Notes: generated from the letters alone by a model not told the origin. Positions 39,985 to 50,819 are shown, numbered from the stretch's first letter. The stretch: DNA of 64,000 nt from Chitinophagaceae bacterium (GCA_023957155.1 JAMLHK010000009.1:127055-191054); one strand, 5' to 3'. A program made the numbers and translations.

Positions 39985-40860
39985 TTAATATACGTTTTTA
40001 GGACAGGGGATTCCTTTTCCCGAATGGCCATTTTCAAAATTCCGGTCATTAAATAACCTGAAGCTGACTGTTATTCCTGAAAAATAATACCAGTCTTTTG
40101 TTTTAGGATTACCGCGTATGGTACCCTCTGCCGGGTAAACCGGGTTACCGTTTTTAGCCTCCCCTCCGCGGTACGCCATTTCGACGGCCTTTGGCCCCTT
40201 CGCAGCCAGTAAAGCATTGCGATCAATATAACGGGTGCTTACATCATCTAAATAATCGGTAAATGTTTTATTAAACCTGAATTCCCATGCAAGAGAGACA
40301 TTACGTGTAACAGCAAAACGTATCCCGGCGCCAAAAGGAATAGAAATGTTTTGATAATTATACTTTTTCCGGTCAGGATACCCCGGTAACCCCTGCCCTT
40401 CCGTACCCAAATTACGAAGCCCGATTTTAGTACCTGATGCATCGTAGGCATACGGTCCCATATTAAAAACAGAAACTCCGGCAAATACATAAGGTGTATA
40501 CCTTCTTTCCATAATGTCAAAGAAATTATATACCCCCGTAAGACTGGCATCGTATATTTTAGACCGGAAGCTCAGGTTGCGCTGGCGGCGTAACAAATCA
40601 CCGCTCAGACTGTCTGCCGCCTGTATATTCCCGTAGGTCAAAAGACCTCTTAATGAAATTTTTTCGGTAAGCGCATAGCTTAACCCGAGGGACGCTGCGG
40701 GCATTGCCTGGGAAAAAGTGTACCTGCTCTCCTGTAACTCACCCTGGTAATTAGCAAAGCCACCAAAAGCTTCAATACTGACATTTTTCAAAATCCCCTG
40801 GGAATACACGGCAGAGGAACCAAGCAACAGGGCTAAAATAAGTATTCGTTTCACCGGCAT
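39985..40860 (-). CDS. DUF6089 outer membrane beta-barrel protein (PorG-related)
   Basis: NYQGEL, RNLSFRS, LGTEGQG, TFTDYLDDVS and RGNPKTKDWY. Confidence 0.8.
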   Translation of the reverse strand: MPVKRILILALLLGSSAVYSQGILKNVSIEAFGGFANYQGELQESRYTFSQAMPAASLGLSYALTEKISLRGLLTYGNIQAADSLSGDLLRRQRNLSFRSKIYDASLTGVYNFFDIMERRYTPYVFAGVSVFNMGPYAYDASGTKIGLRNLGTEGQGLPGYPDRKKYNYQNISIPFGAGIRFAVTRNVSLAWEFRFNKTFTDYLDDVSTRYIDRNALLAAKGPKAVEMAYRGGEAKNGNPVYPAEGTIRGNPKTKDWYYFSGITVSFRLFNDRNFENGHSGKGIPCPKNVY

Positions 40861-40992
40861 ATAATTAAGAGGTACGATATAATAACGCAAAAGTTGGGTA
40901 AAAATTAAGTTGCATAAAAATAAAACAAGTTCAAAACCAAAATAGTGCCATCCGGCTCTTTTTCAATTTTTAACTTTATGTATTTTCCCACT

Positions 40993-41892
40993 TTAGTCCC
41001 ACAAACGCTGAGGGTATTCTCCTTTGGCCACTAATGCATTAATATTACCCGCAACACCCGGGGCATCTTCCTTATATGTAACCCCAAACCATTCGGAATC
41101 GGTAGGTATAACCTTTATATTATTGTCGGGCATTTTAATAAATTCAGCACCTACATCCACTACATAAATCTCCGCCTTGGGCTGATCAAGATTCTTTTGT
41201 AAAAATGTGTTAAACATTTCTTTGCAAATACTGAAAACGTAAGGGGTAAAGCACCAGAAATTCATAGATACCTTGGAATCTGAAGGAACCTCGGTTTTAT
41301 TGCCCTCTTCTTCATATACAATTTTGTCGCCCTCACGAAATATTTTGGTACGCTCTGCAATGGCTACCAGGTTACCGGACGCATCAACCCGGCATACTCC
41401 CCGGCTAACAGATCCATTATCGGAAAGGGTTTTTATCAGCTCATAACCGATAATACCGAATGTATGATCATTTGCCTGGGTGGTTAAAAAGCGATGTGCT
41501 TTTTCAAATGCATCACGCCCGTAAAAATCATCGGCATTAATTACAATAAAAGGCTCACGAACTATGCCAGAAGCACATAAAACGGCATGGGCCGTCCCCC
41601 AAGGCTTCGTTCGCGTGGCCGGGATATCATACCCCTCAGCAAAGGATTTCATATCCTGGAATACATAATCAATGGCAATCTTACCCTTAAGCTTGGGTTC
41701 AAAGATGGTCTTAAAATCGTCTGCAAATTCTTCCCTGATAATAAAGACCACTTTACCAAACCCTGAACGAATGGCGTCATAAATGGAATAATCCATAATT
41801 GTTTCACCTGAGGGACCAAACCGTTGTATCTGCTTTAAACTTCCATACCGTGAGGCCATACCAGCCGCCATAATTACTAATGTAGGTTTCAT
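40993..41892 (-). CDS. Sugar-phosphate nucleotidyltransferase family protein
   Basis: MAAGMASRYGSLKQ, KPWGTAHA, INADDFYG and WFGVTY. Confidence 0.9.
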   Translation of the reverse strand: MKPTLVIMAAGMASRYGSLKQIQRFGPSGETIMDYSIYDAIRSGFGKVVFIIREEFADDFKTIFEPKLKGKIAIDYVFQDMKSFAEGYDIPATRTKPWGTAHAVLCASGIVREPFIVINADDFYGRDAFEKAHRFLTTQANDHTFGIIGYELIKTLSDNGSVSRGVCRVDASGNLVAIAERTKIFREGDKIVYEEEGNKTEVPSDSKVSMNFWCFTPYVFSICKEMFNTFLQKNLDQPKAEIYVVDVGAEFIKMPDNNIKVIPTDSEWFGVTYKEDAPGVAGNINALVAKGEYPQRLWD

Positions 41893-42111
41893 GATCGTTT
41901 GTCTGTTAAACTTTAATTGATATACTGTTTTTCTTTTCCTTCCATTCCGCTAACCGTTGCGAAAATAGAGAATTAACGACAATGGGATTAAAGAGAATAG
42001 TTAATATATATTAATTAATATGACAGTAAATGAGCTTATTTACTATTTTTATTATGTAAACAGTATAAACAGCCACTTTATTGCTCTTTATCTTTTCATT
42101 CTTTTTTAATT

Positions 42112-43011
42112 ATGCAAAATTATATCTCTCAAAAGGCTACCCTTGAAATTGATGCAAAAGCACAACTGGGTGAAGGCGCCTTATGGCATCCTGCTGAAAA
42201 TAAGCTGTACTGGGTAAATATTGAAGGCAAAACATTACATATTTACGACCCGTCCACCAAAACGAACCTGTCTTTTTTGGTTAATGAAAGGATAGGTACG
42301 GTGGTACCCGTAAAAGGCGGCGGAGCGTTGATAGCACTGCAAAATGGTATTCATTTTATTAATACGCAGAATGGCACATTGCAATTCATTGCCAATCCTT
42401 TAACCGGTAGGAACATTCGCTTTAACGATGGAAAATGTGATCCTTCAGGAAGGTTCTGGGTGGGCAGCATGGATATTCAGTTTACAACGGGTGCGGGATC
42501 GCTATACCGTATGGATAAAGACCAATCTATCCATACCCTGCTGAATGAGGTTACCATATCCAACGGCATTGCCTGGACGAAAGATAAAAAAACGATGTAT
42601 TATGTTGACAGCCCCCTGCGCAGGATAGATGCGTTTGACTATAATGACGCGGACGGCTCTATTACCCGGAGAAGAACCGTAGTAACCCTACCCGAAGGGG
42701 AAGGCTCACCCGATGGAATTACGTTAGATGAAGAAGGTCACATCTGGGCTGCCCTCTGGGGTGCGAATGCGGTGGGTAGATTTAATCCCCATACCGGCCA
42801 ACTGCTACAAAAGATTGAAGTTCCGGCGCCGAATGTTTCTTCCTGCGCCTTTGGAGGAAAAGATCTCGACACTTTATATATAACAACAGCCCGGGGTGAA
42901 TTATCAGAAGAACAGTTAGCTACATACCCGTTAAGCGGCGGACTGTTTTCGGCAAAACCCGGAGTAAAAGGAGTGCCTGCGGAATTTTATGCGGGAACCA
43001 TCACCGGATAG
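42112..43011 (+). CDS. SMP-30/gluconolactonase/LRE family sugar lactonase
   Basis: LGEGALW, RFNDGKCD, ISNGIAW and PDGITLD. Confidence 0.93.
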   Translation: MQNYISQKATLEIDAKAQLGEGALWHPAENKLYWVNIEGKTLHIYDPSTKTNLSFLVNERIGTVVPVKGGGALIALQNGIHFINTQNGTLQFIANPLTGRNIRFNDGKCDPSGRFWVGSMDIQFTTGAGSLYRMDKDQSIHTLLNEVTISNGIAWTKDKKTMYYVDSPLRRIDAFDYNDADGSITRRRTVVTLPEGEGSPDGITLDEEGHIWAALWGANAVGRFNPHTGQLLQKIEVPAPNVSSCAFGGKDLDTLYITTARGELSEEQLATYPLSGGLFSAKPGVKGVPAEFYAGTITG

Positions 43012-43022
43012 CAGAGAAAAGA

Positions 43023-43442
43023 TCATCCCCCTGCCTGGTGCTGTAAATACTCCTGCAGCATTATTGTAGCGGCTATTTCGTCAATTATTGCCTTATTGCG
43101 GCGTTGCTTTTTTTTCATCCCCATATCTATCATCGCCTGCACCGCCATTTTTGAGGTATATCGCTCATCCACTTTTTCAACAGGTATTTGGGGAAAAGCT
43201 TTTTTTATTTTCTCTACTGCCTGCCGAACCAATACGGTGGCATGGGTATCCGTATCGTCAAGGTTTTTAGGATCGCCAATAATTATTTTTTCCACATCTT
43301 CCTTTTCAATGTATTTTTTCAAAAAATCAATTAATGTGAAAGAGGCTATTGTTGTTAACCCGGTAGCAATAATCCGCAGGGGATCAGTAACTGCGATACC
43401 GGTTCGTTTTAATCCGTAGTCAATAGCTATAATACGTGGCAT
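43023..43442 (-). CDS. ruvX: YqgF/RuvX family pre-16S rRNA nuclease
   Basis: AIDYGLKRTGIAVTD, VDERYTS and IDEIAATIML. Confidence 0.95.
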   Translation of the reverse strand: MPRIIAIDYGLKRTGIAVTDPLRIIATGLTTIASFTLIDFLKKYIEKEDVEKIIIGDPKNLDDTDTHATVLVRQAVEKIKKAFPQIPVEKVDERYTSKMAVQAMIDMGMKKKQRRNKAIIDEIAATIMLQEYLQHQAGG

Positions 43443-43568
43443 AGCGCAAAGATAGGCGTATTCGCTTTTAAACCTGTCCGCTGAAGGAGGTGTGTTTATG
43501 CTGCCCGCTTACCGGAGAATACTCCCGTAAATTATTTATCCCTTAACTTTACTTCTTTCATTTATATT

Positions 43569-43943
43569 ATGCCGGTAACAGAAAAAAAGAAAACGCTTAT
43601 ACTGGGCGCTTCGGATAACCCTCAACGATACAGCTATCTTGCTCTTGAGCGTCTTCGCAATGCCGGGCATGAAGTAGTAGCAATAGGGAAAAGAAAGATA
43701 ACCGTCAAAGACGTTCCCGTTGATATAGAAAAAAAAGCATACCCCGGAATACATACCGTAACACTCTACCTGAATCCTGCTCATCAAAAAGAATACTACG
43801 ATTACATTTTATCGCTGCACCCCCAACGCATTATTTTTAATCCCGGCACAGAAAATGAGGAATTTGAGCAGATGGCAAACCGGCAGGGTATTGAAACATT
43901 AGAAGCATGTACACTGGTTTTGCTGAGTACAGGACAGTATTGA
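43569..43943 (+). CDS. CoA-binding protein (YccU-like)
   Basis: ILGASDNPQRYS, RIIFNPGTEN and EACTLVLL. Confidence 0.9.
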   Translation: MPVTEKKKTLILGASDNPQRYSYLALERLRNAGHEVVAIGKRKITVKDVPVDIEKKAYPGIHTVTLYLNPAHQKEYYDYILSLHPQRIIFNPGTENEEFEQMANRQGIETLEACTLVLLSTGQY

Positions 43944-43966
43944 CGGAAAAACACGGATCAGCTACG

Positions 43967-44020
43967 GGTACGGGGCTACAAACTATAAGCCGTAAATATG
44001 CCATGCCCATGCCCCGTACC
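43967..44020. repeat. Intergenic inverted repeat
   Basis: GGTACGGGGC (43967-43976) / GCCCCGTACC (44011-44020), a perfect 10 bp pair. Confidence 0.55.
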
Positions 44021-44111
44021 GTTACCCCGAACGTATGCTCATAAAATATTCAGCTAACGATAATGGACAGGTTCAGAAAAAAAAACGTATATTGGGAAAA
44101 CCTGTTCATAT

Positions 44112-44585
44112 ATGCTATGGAGAAAATTTAACGGGGAACGCATCCATATCCCTATTAAAGAAGCGGTAAGAGAAGCCATCATCCGCGAAACTCAAAAGAA
44201 TTTTCACTTAAAAGTTTGTATTGGCACAGACTCCCAGGTAAAAGGCGCCGAAACGGAGTTTGCAACCGTCATTGTATTTCTGCGTGAAGGACGTGGCGGC
44301 TTTATGTTCATACACAATGAAAAAACAACCAGGCAGTATTCCATTAAAGAAAGAATGTTGGTAGAGGTGGCCAAAAGCATTGAGATCGCTTATGAGCTAT
44401 GCGACCTGTTCACAGAATTTGACGTGGACATGGAAGTACATGCCGACATCAACACCAATCCTCATTTTAAAAGTAATGAGGCCCTGCGCGAAGCTATGGG
44501 CTATATACTGGGAATGGGCTTTGCATTCAAAGCCAAACCGGAAGCCTTTGCCAGCAGCAGTTGTGCCAATAAAGTAGTTAATTAG
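44112..44585 (+). CDS. Ribonuclease H-like YkuK family protein
   Basis: CIGTDSQ, ERMLVEV, EVHADIN and KPEAFASS. Confidence 0.88.
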   Translation: MLWRKFNGERIHIPIKEAVREAIIRETQKNFHLKVCIGTDSQVKGAETEFATVIVFLREGRGGFMFIHNEKTTRQYSIKERMLVEVAKSIEIAYELCDLFTEFDVDMEVHADINTNPHFKSNEALREAMGYILGMGFAFKAKPEAFASSSCANKVVN

Positions 44586-44761
44586 CGGCTGCCTCAGTTG
44601 GGATACATTTCTAAAAGTGGTGTCTGTATACGGTTCAGGGTTTCTTTTTCGTTAAAATATATTGTCGTTCTGTCCGCCAATGTTGCGGTTCATTTTTTGC
44701 CCCATACTGCTTGTTACATAACCTGCAACAATGCCAATATTTTTTGCAATTTTGCAGCATT

Positions 44762-46090
44762 ATGCCCGAATCACAAAAGATTGAATACAAAAGTGTTTGG
44801 AGGGACGAATACCTGAAATGGATTTGCGGTTTTGCAAACGCCAACGGTGGTACTATTTTCATCGGCAAAGACGACACAGATAAAATTGTCGGTGTGCCTG
44901 ATGCTAAAAAATTACTGGAAGAAATACCAAACAAAGTGCGTGACATTTTGGGTATTTTGGTTGATGTGAACTTACACGAAACCCAACAGGGCGATTATCT
45001 GGAAATTATTGTAGAACCTTATCCAAATGCCATAAACTACAAAGGACAATATCATTACCGTAGTGGAAGCACCAAACAAGAGCTAAAAGGTGCTGCATTG
45101 GATAAGTTTTTGTTGCAGAAAAAAGGCAAACATTGGGATAGTACCCCAATACCAAATGTTTCTGTAAAAGATTTGAAACAGGAAACGCTTGATTTTTTCA
45201 AAAAGCAGGGTGTCAGGAGCCAACGACTTACAGAGGAAAGTTTGAACGATACAAACGAACAACTTCTTGAAAATTTGAAATTGAAAGAGGAAAAGTATCT
45301 AAAAAAAGCCGCCTTGCTATTGTTTCATCCCGACCCTGAAAAATTCGTTACAGGTGCTTACACCAAAATTGGCTACTTTGAAACCGATGCTGATTTGATA
45401 TTTCAGGATGAAGCTCACGGAAATTTGTTTGAGCAAATTGAAAAAACGATTGACTTGCTTTTTACAAAATACATCAAAGCTATTATTAGTTACGAAGACA
45501 TACACCGCATAGAAACTTATGAATATCCGAAGGGAGCCGTTCGTGAAGCAGTGCTAAATGCGATTGCTCACAAAGATTATTCAAGTGGAGCTACCATTCA
45601 AATCAGTGTTTACAAAGACAAAATAATGATTTGGAACGCAGGGCAATTACCTGAAAACTGGACAATGGAAAAATTGGCAAAAAGTAAGCACCCGTCAATG
45701 CCTTACAATCCTGACATTGCCAATGCGCTTTTTCGCAGCGGTTACATTGAGGCGTGGGGACGTGGCTTTTCAAAAATGACAAATCAATGTCTCGTAGCAG
45801 GACTTCCCGAACCACTATACTATTACGAAATGTCAGGTTATTGGGTGGTTTTCAGAAAAGACGTTTACAATGTTGAATACTTACAATCGCTTGAGCTTAA
45901 TGACAGACAAGTGAAAGCAGTTTTGTTTGCAAAAGAAAAAGGGAAAATCACCAACAGCAACTATCAGACGTTGAACAATGTTTCAAAAGCAACAGCTACG
46001 AGGGATTTGACAGAGTTAATCAATAAGAAAATCATCTTTTTACAAGGAAGCGGAAAGCGAAACATTCATTATACGTTGAAGCAAAAATGA
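44762..46090 (+). CDS. AlbA_2 (Schlafen-like) + HATPase_c_4 + HTH protein
   Basis: IEYKS...CGFANANGGTIFIG, REAVLNAIAHKDY, NPDIANAL...WGRG and C-terminal HTH ATATRDL. Start set at MPESQK. Confidence 0.88.
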   Translation: MPESQKIEYKSVWRDEYLKWICGFANANGGTIFIGKDDTDKIVGVPDAKKLLEEIPNKVRDILGILVDVNLHETQQGDYLEIIVEPYPNAINYKGQYHYRSGSTKQELKGAALDKFLLQKKGKHWDSTPIPNVSVKDLKQETLDFFKKQGVRSQRLTEESLNDTNEQLLENLKLKEEKYLKKAALLLFHPDPEKFVTGAYTKIGYFETDADLIFQDEAHGNLFEQIEKTIDLLFTKYIKAIISYEDIHRIETYEYPKGAVREAVLNAIAHKDYSSGATIQISVYKDKIMIWNAGQLPENWTMEKLAKSKHPSMPYNPDIANALFRSGYIEAWGRGFSKMTNQCLVAGLPEPLYYYEMSGYWVVFRKDVYNVEYLQSLELNDRQVKAVLFAKEKGKITNSNYQTLNNVSKATATRDLTELINKKIIFLQGSGKRNIHYTLKQK

Positions 46091-46130
46091 GCCAAAAACG
46101 AGCCATTTGATCCAAAAATGAGCCAAAAAC
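46081..46130 (+). repeat. Short degenerate tandem repeats (AAAATGAGCCAAAA)
   Basis: gcaaaaatgagcc-aaaaacgagcc-atttgatcc-aaaaatgagcc-aaaaac, spanning the stop codon. Confidence 0.65.
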
Positions 46131-46141
46131 CTTTGTTCCGG

Positions 46142-46777
46142 TTATCCGGCTCCCGCCACAAATTCTTCATTCCACTTTTCTATGGCATCCAGTATTTTAT
46201 CTTTCCCCGTTTTTTTTACCGTACTGGTTATAAAATACCCGGGCAGAAACTGCCAGGTTTTGCGCATAGTATTAAAAAAGGCTTTTATATTTTTGCTTAC
46301 TTCCAACTGGGTGGTCTTATCAGACTTGGTAAATACCAGGCAAAAAGGCACCTGCCACTCTCCCAGCCGGTTTACAAATTCCAGGTCTGATTTTTGAGGA
46401 CCGTGCCGGCTGTCAATCAATACAAATACATTCACTAAGTTCTCTCTCCTCCGCAGGTAATCTTCAAGCATCCGGCTCCAGTTTTTACGCTGCTGCTGCG
46501 ACACTTTGGCAAAACCATATCCCGGCAGATCAACAATATACCATTCAGATCTTTTATTACTCCCCGTTTGTCCTGCTATATCAAAATGATTGATCATCTG
46601 CGTCTTACCCGGTATACCGGAAGTCTTGGCCAGCTTTTGATTATTACACAACATATTAATGAGTGAAGATTTTCCCACATTACTCCGTCCGATAAAAGCA
46701 TACTCGGGCCGGTCTGCTTTCGGACATTCTAAATAACCGGGACTGCTGATCAGATACGTAGCGGAAGTAATAACCAT
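46142..46777 (-). CDS. engB: Ribosome biogenesis GTPase YihA/YsxC
   Basis: GRSNVGKSS, DLPGYG and FTKSDK. Start set at MVITSAT. Confidence 0.95.
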   Translation of the reverse strand: MVITSATYLISSPGYLECPKADRPEYAFIGRSNVGKSSLINMLCNNQKLAKTSGIPGKTQMINHFDIAGQTGSNKRSEWYIVDLPGYGFAKVSQQQRKNWSRMLEDYLRRRENLVNVFVLIDSRHGPQKSDLEFVNRLGEWQVPFCLVFTKSDKTTQLEVSKNIKAFFNTMRKTWQFLPGYFITSTVKKTGKDKILDAIEKWNEEFVAGAG

Positions 46778-46971
46778 AGGTGCAAGATACAATGAGAAAA
46801 GATAAAGAGGAAAAGGCTGGCTAGCCGGTACCCTATCAGGAAGGAACCGCGGCAGGAACAAACCACCAACAGCATCTCCCTGCCCCCTGAACCCGGCAAC
46901 CTGAGACCTGTAACCTGTACCCTGCCCCCCAACTTTCCCGATTCAATATTTTCAAATCAGGATTCAGGATG

Positions 46972-46979
46972 TACATTTG
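46972..46979 (+). promoter_or_regulatory. Bacteroidota -7 promoter box of icd (TACATTTG)
   Basis: Exact TAnnTTTG about 40 nt upstream of the ATG. Confidence 0.6.
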
Positions 46980-47017
46980 CCAACAATTATTATTTTATAA
47001 TCTATAAAAATTCAGGT

Positions 47018-48250
47018 ATGGCTGAAAAAATCAAAGTGGCTAATCCGGTTGTTGAACTGGACGGAGATGAAATGACAAGAATTATTTGGAAATTTATTAA
47101 AGATAAGCTGATCCTGCCTTATCTCGATATTGACATCAAATATTATGACCTGGGTATTGAATATCGTGATGAGACCAATGACCAGGTAACCATAGATGCA
47201 GCCAATGCCATCAAGCAGTACGGCGTGGGTATTAAATGTGCTACCATTACGCCCGATGAAGCCCGGGTTAAGGAATTTAACCTGAAGCAAATGTGGAAAA
47301 GCCCGAACGGAACGATCCGGAATATCCTGGATGGTACGGTTTTCCGGGAGCCTATTGTAATTAAAAACGTTCCCAGGCTGGTTACCAACTGGACAGCTCC
47401 TATTATAGTGGGACGGCATGCTTTCGGGGATCAGTACCGGGCAACAGATACCGTAATAAAAGGTAAGGGTAAGCTCACCATGACTTTTACTCCCGAAGAT
47501 GGCGGTGCTCCTGAAGTATTTGAAGTATACAACTTCAAGGGTGGCGGAGTAGCCCTGAGCATGTACAATACGGATGAAAGCATTAAAGGCTTTGCCAGGA
47601 GCTGTTTTAATATGGCTTTAAGCAAAGCATGGCCTTTATACCTGTCAACCAAAAATACCATCCTTAAAAAATATGACGGAAGGTTCAAAGATATTTTCCA
47701 GGAAATATATGAGCAGGAGTTTAAAGCAGCATTTGAAGCAAAAGGGATTGTTTATGAACATCGCCTGATTGATGATATGGTTGCCAGCGCGTTAAAATGG
47801 AATGGTAATTTTGTATGGGCCTGCAAAAACTATGATGGTGATGTACAAAGCGATTCCGTTGCACAGGGATTCGGATCGCTGGGCTTAATGACTTCGGTAC
47901 TGGTTACTCCCGATGGTAAAACCCTGGAAGCAGAAGCCGCCCACGGTACCGTTACCCGGCATTACCGGGCACACCAGGCCGGGAAACCCACATCAACTAA
48001 CCCGATCGCTTCGATTTTTGCATGGACAAGAGGACTGGCATTTCGCGGTAAATTAGATAACAACCAGAAGCTTATAGATTTCTGTCATGCGCTGGAAGCC
48101 GTATGTATAGAAACCGTGGAAGCCGGTAAAATGACAAAAGACCTTGCTATCTGTGTACATGGCAATGATGTAAAACCCGGAGAGCATTATCTCAATACCG
48201 AAGATTTCCTGGAAGCCATTAAGAATAACCTGTCTGCAAAGCTGCAATAA
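47018..48250 (+). CDS. icd: NADP-dependent isocitrate dehydrogenase
   Basis: [29 protein letters not shown] and [12 protein letters not shown]. Confidence 0.97.
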   Translation: MAEKIKVANPVVELDGDEMTRIIWKFIKDKLILPYLDIDIKYYDLGIEYRDETNDQVTIDAANAIKQYGVGIKCATITPDEARVKEFNLKQMWKSPNGTIRNILDGTVFREPIVIKNVPRLVTNWTAPIIVGRHAFGDQYRATDTVIKGKGKLTMTFTPEDGGAPEVFEVYNFKGGGVALSMYNTDESIKGFARSCFNMALSKAWPLYLSTKNTILKKYDGRFKDIFQEIYEQEFKAAFEAKGIVYEHRLIDDMVASALKWNGNFVWACKNYDGDVQSDSVAQGFGSLGLMTSVLVTPDGKTLEAEAAHGTVTRHYRAHQAGKPTSTNPIASIFAWTRGLAFRGKLDNNQKLIDFCHALEAVCIETVEAGKMTKDLAICVHGNDVKPGEHYLNTEDFLEAIKNNLSAKLQ

Positions 48251-48279
48251 AACGGATCATTTCACCATTTTTGAAGAAG

Positions 48280-48310
48280 TGCATCGTGGAAACACGGTGC
48301 ATTTTTTATT
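48280..48310 (+). terminator. Rho-independent terminator of icd
   Basis: TGCATCGTG-GAAA-CACGGTGCA followed by TTTTTTATT. Confidence 0.85.
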
Positions 48311-48443
48311 TTTCCTGTTCCCGGATAGCACAAAAATATTACCTTCGCATTATTCCATCTTGCCAACAGTACTCCATATCACCTGACCTGTGAGAATAAC
48401 TATCTTTGCACCATTTTTATTATTGTTTTAACTACATCGTTAT

Positions 48444-49703
48444 ATGGCTGACATTTTTGAACGACTGACAAAGAACTACGGGCCTTTGGGCCAGCATCGT
48501 GAACGGGCACATGGCTATTTTACTTTTCCAAGATTAGAAGGGGAAATCAGCAGTCACATGACATTCCGGGGAAAAAAGATGATCGTCTGGAGCCTGAACA
48601 ATTACCTCGGACTGGCTAATCATCCCCGGGTGCGGGAAACAGATGCCGAAGCTGCGGCTCAATACGGACTGGCACTGCCTATGGGAGCACGTATGATGAG
48701 CGGTAATACCCGGTACCATGAACAGTTAGAAAGTGAACTGGCGGCATTTGTACAAAAAGAAGATGCCGTTTTACTGAACTATGGTTACCAGGGTATGGTA
48801 AGCATGATAGACGTTTTATGTAACCGGCATGATGTTATTGTTTACGATGCGGAAAGCCACGCCTGTATTATTGACGGGGTAAGGCTTCATGCAGGACAGC
48901 GTTTTGTTTTTAAACACAATAATATAACCGATCTTGAAAAGCAATTACAACGTGCGGAAGCTCTAATTAACAAACAGCAGGACGGGGGAATATTAGTTAT
49001 TACGGAAGGGGTATTCGGCATGGCCGGCGACCAGGGCAAGCTAAAGGAAATTACAGCGCTTAAAGATAAATACCCTTTCAGGCTACTGGTAGATGATGCA
49101 CACGGGTTCGGTACCTTAGGTAAGACCGGAGCCGGCGCGGGGGAAGAACAGGGCGTGCAGGATAAAATTGATCTCTATTTTTCCACTTTCGCCAAATCCA
49201 TGGCTTCTATCGGCGCTTTTGTTGCAGGAGATAAACCGATCATTGATTACATCCGGTACAATATTCGCAGCCAGATCTTTGCTAAAAGCCTGCCGATGCC
49301 TTTGGTATTAGGCAATCTTAAACGGCTTGAGTTACTACGTTCGCACCCCGAGTATAAAGATCAGCTATGGAAAAATGCGCTTTCTCTTCAGCAGGGATTA
49401 AAAGACAAGGGATTCGACATCGGCAGTACAGATTCTGTTGTTACCCCGGTATATATGAAAGGGGGCGTTGAAGAAGCTACTGCAATGGTTACGGATTTAA
49501 GAGAGAACTATGGTATTTTTTGTTCTATCGTGGTATACCCGGTTATTCCCAAAGGCCACATCATTTACCGGCTCATTCCAACCGCTACGCATACCCGGGA
49601 AGATATAGAGCAAACACTGAAAGCATTTGAAGAAACAAAGAAAAAATTAGACCTCGGACAGTATAAGGTAGCTGATATACCCGCTATGGCTGATGTGAGC
49701 TGA
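48444..49703 (+). CDS. PLP alpha-oxoamine synthase, likely cysteate acyltransferase (SulA/CapB-type, sulfonolipid synthesis)
   Basis: SLNNYLGLA, VDDAHG, PLP lysine in STFAK(251)S and RSQIFAK(281)SLP. Preceded by TATCTTTG at 48401. Confidence 0.75.
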   Translation: MADIFERLTKNYGPLGQHRERAHGYFTFPRLEGEISSHMTFRGKKMIVWSLNNYLGLANHPRVRETDAEAAAQYGLALPMGARMMSGNTRYHEQLESELAAFVQKEDAVLLNYGYQGMVSMIDVLCNRHDVIVYDAESHACIIDGVRLHAGQRFVFKHNNITDLEKQLQRAEALINKQQDGGILVITEGVFGMAGDQGKLKEITALKDKYPFRLLVDDAHGFGTLGKTGAGAGEEQGVQDKIDLYFSTFAKSMASIGAFVAGDKPIIDYIRYNIRSQIFAKSLPMPLVLGNLKRLELLRSHPEYKDQLWKNALSLQQGLKDKGFDIGSTDSVVTPVYMKGGVEEATAMVTDLRENYGIFCSIVVYPVIPKGHIIYRLIPTATHTREDIEQTLKAFEETKKKLDLGQYKVADIPAMADVS

Positions 49704-49761
49704 AAAGACCGAACAGGAACATAGCTTACCATATCATCGCTGTATCATAATCCTGTAAAGC

Positions 49762-50772
49762 ATGTTATTACCTCTTTCTCAATCCCGGCCAGTCGTTAAC
49801 GGGCGTATTGTTTTTGCAGCAGATATAGGTGCTACCAAAACCAACCTCGCCTTTTATAAAACAGAGCATAATACCTGCCGCTTATTGCAGGAAGCAAAAC
49901 TAATATCAAAAGAATACAAAAACATAGCCCAGCTTACCCGCGATTTTACCCGGGATGCCCCTCAGCCGGATGCCATTTGCTTCGGCGTTGCCGGTCCTGT
50001 TTTAAACGGACACGCTACACTTTCTAACTTACAGTGGGAGATAGACATCAGGGATATAGCAACACAATTCCCCGGGGCCAATGTACACCTGATCAACGAT
50101 CTTGAGGCAACAGCCTACGGGTTAGCCGTACTTGGAGAAAAAGATGTGCAGGTTATTCACAAAGGAAGCATAACACCCGTAGGAAATGCAGCGGTAATAG
50201 CACCAGGAACAGGGCTTGGAGAAGCCGGGTTATATTGGGACGGCTCCTGTTTTCACCCTTTTGCAACGGAAGGTGGTCACGCTGATTTTGCAGCAAGGAA
50301 CAACTTAGATTTCGAATTATATACTTTTCTGCAGCAACAATTCGGGCATGTAAGCTGGGAAAGATTAGTATGCGGTCCGGGTATCGTAAATATATACCGG
50401 TTTTTAAGAGATGTAAAACACGGGGAAGAACCCGGCTGGCTGGCTCAGCAAATGCAACATGCCGATGCAGCGGCAACCATCAGCCGGCATATTGACCAGA
50501 GTGAGCTTTGCAAAATGACCATGCAGTATTTTATACGTTACCTGGCCTACGAATCTGCCAACCTAGTATTAAAATTAAATGCAACGGGCGGATTATTTAT
50601 AGGTGGAGGTATAGTACCGCAAATCATCCCACTATTGGAGAATGATACCTTTTATTCTTCGTTCCGGCAGAGCGGACGACTCAATTTTTTATTAGAAAAA
50701 GTTCCGGTAAAAGTAATTTTAAACCCCCAAACAGCATTACTCGGAGCGGCATATTATGCAGCCACACAATAA
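49762..50772 (+). CDS. glk: Glucokinase
   Basis: ADIGATKT, INDLEA, APGTGLG, TEGGH and ALLGAA. Confidence 0.92.
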   Translation: MLLPLSQSRPVVNGRIVFAADIGATKTNLAFYKTEHNTCRLLQEAKLISKEYKNIAQLTRDFTRDAPQPDAICFGVAGPVLNGHATLSNLQWEIDIRDIATQFPGANVHLINDLEATAYGLAVLGEKDVQVIHKGSITPVGNAAVIAPGTGLGEAGLYWDGSCFHPFATEGGHADFAARNNLDFELYTFLQQQFGHVSWERLVCGPGIVNIYRFLRDVKHGEEPGWLAQQMQHADAAATISRHIDQSELCKMTMQYFIRYLAYESANLVLKLNATGGLFIGGGIVPQIIPLLENDTFYSSFRQSGRLNFLLEKVPVKVILNPQTALLGAAYYAATQ

Positions 50773-50819
50773 AACATACCCCGGCAGTAAAATAGCAGCC
50801 TCTACCGGAAAACCATTTA

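Noticed and set aside
46862-46930. Heptamer-like repeats (ACCTGAG ACCTGTA ACCTGTA CCCTGCC) as CRISPR or VNTR
   Set aside because: Too short and degenerate, with no spacers; a low-complexity intergenic tract.
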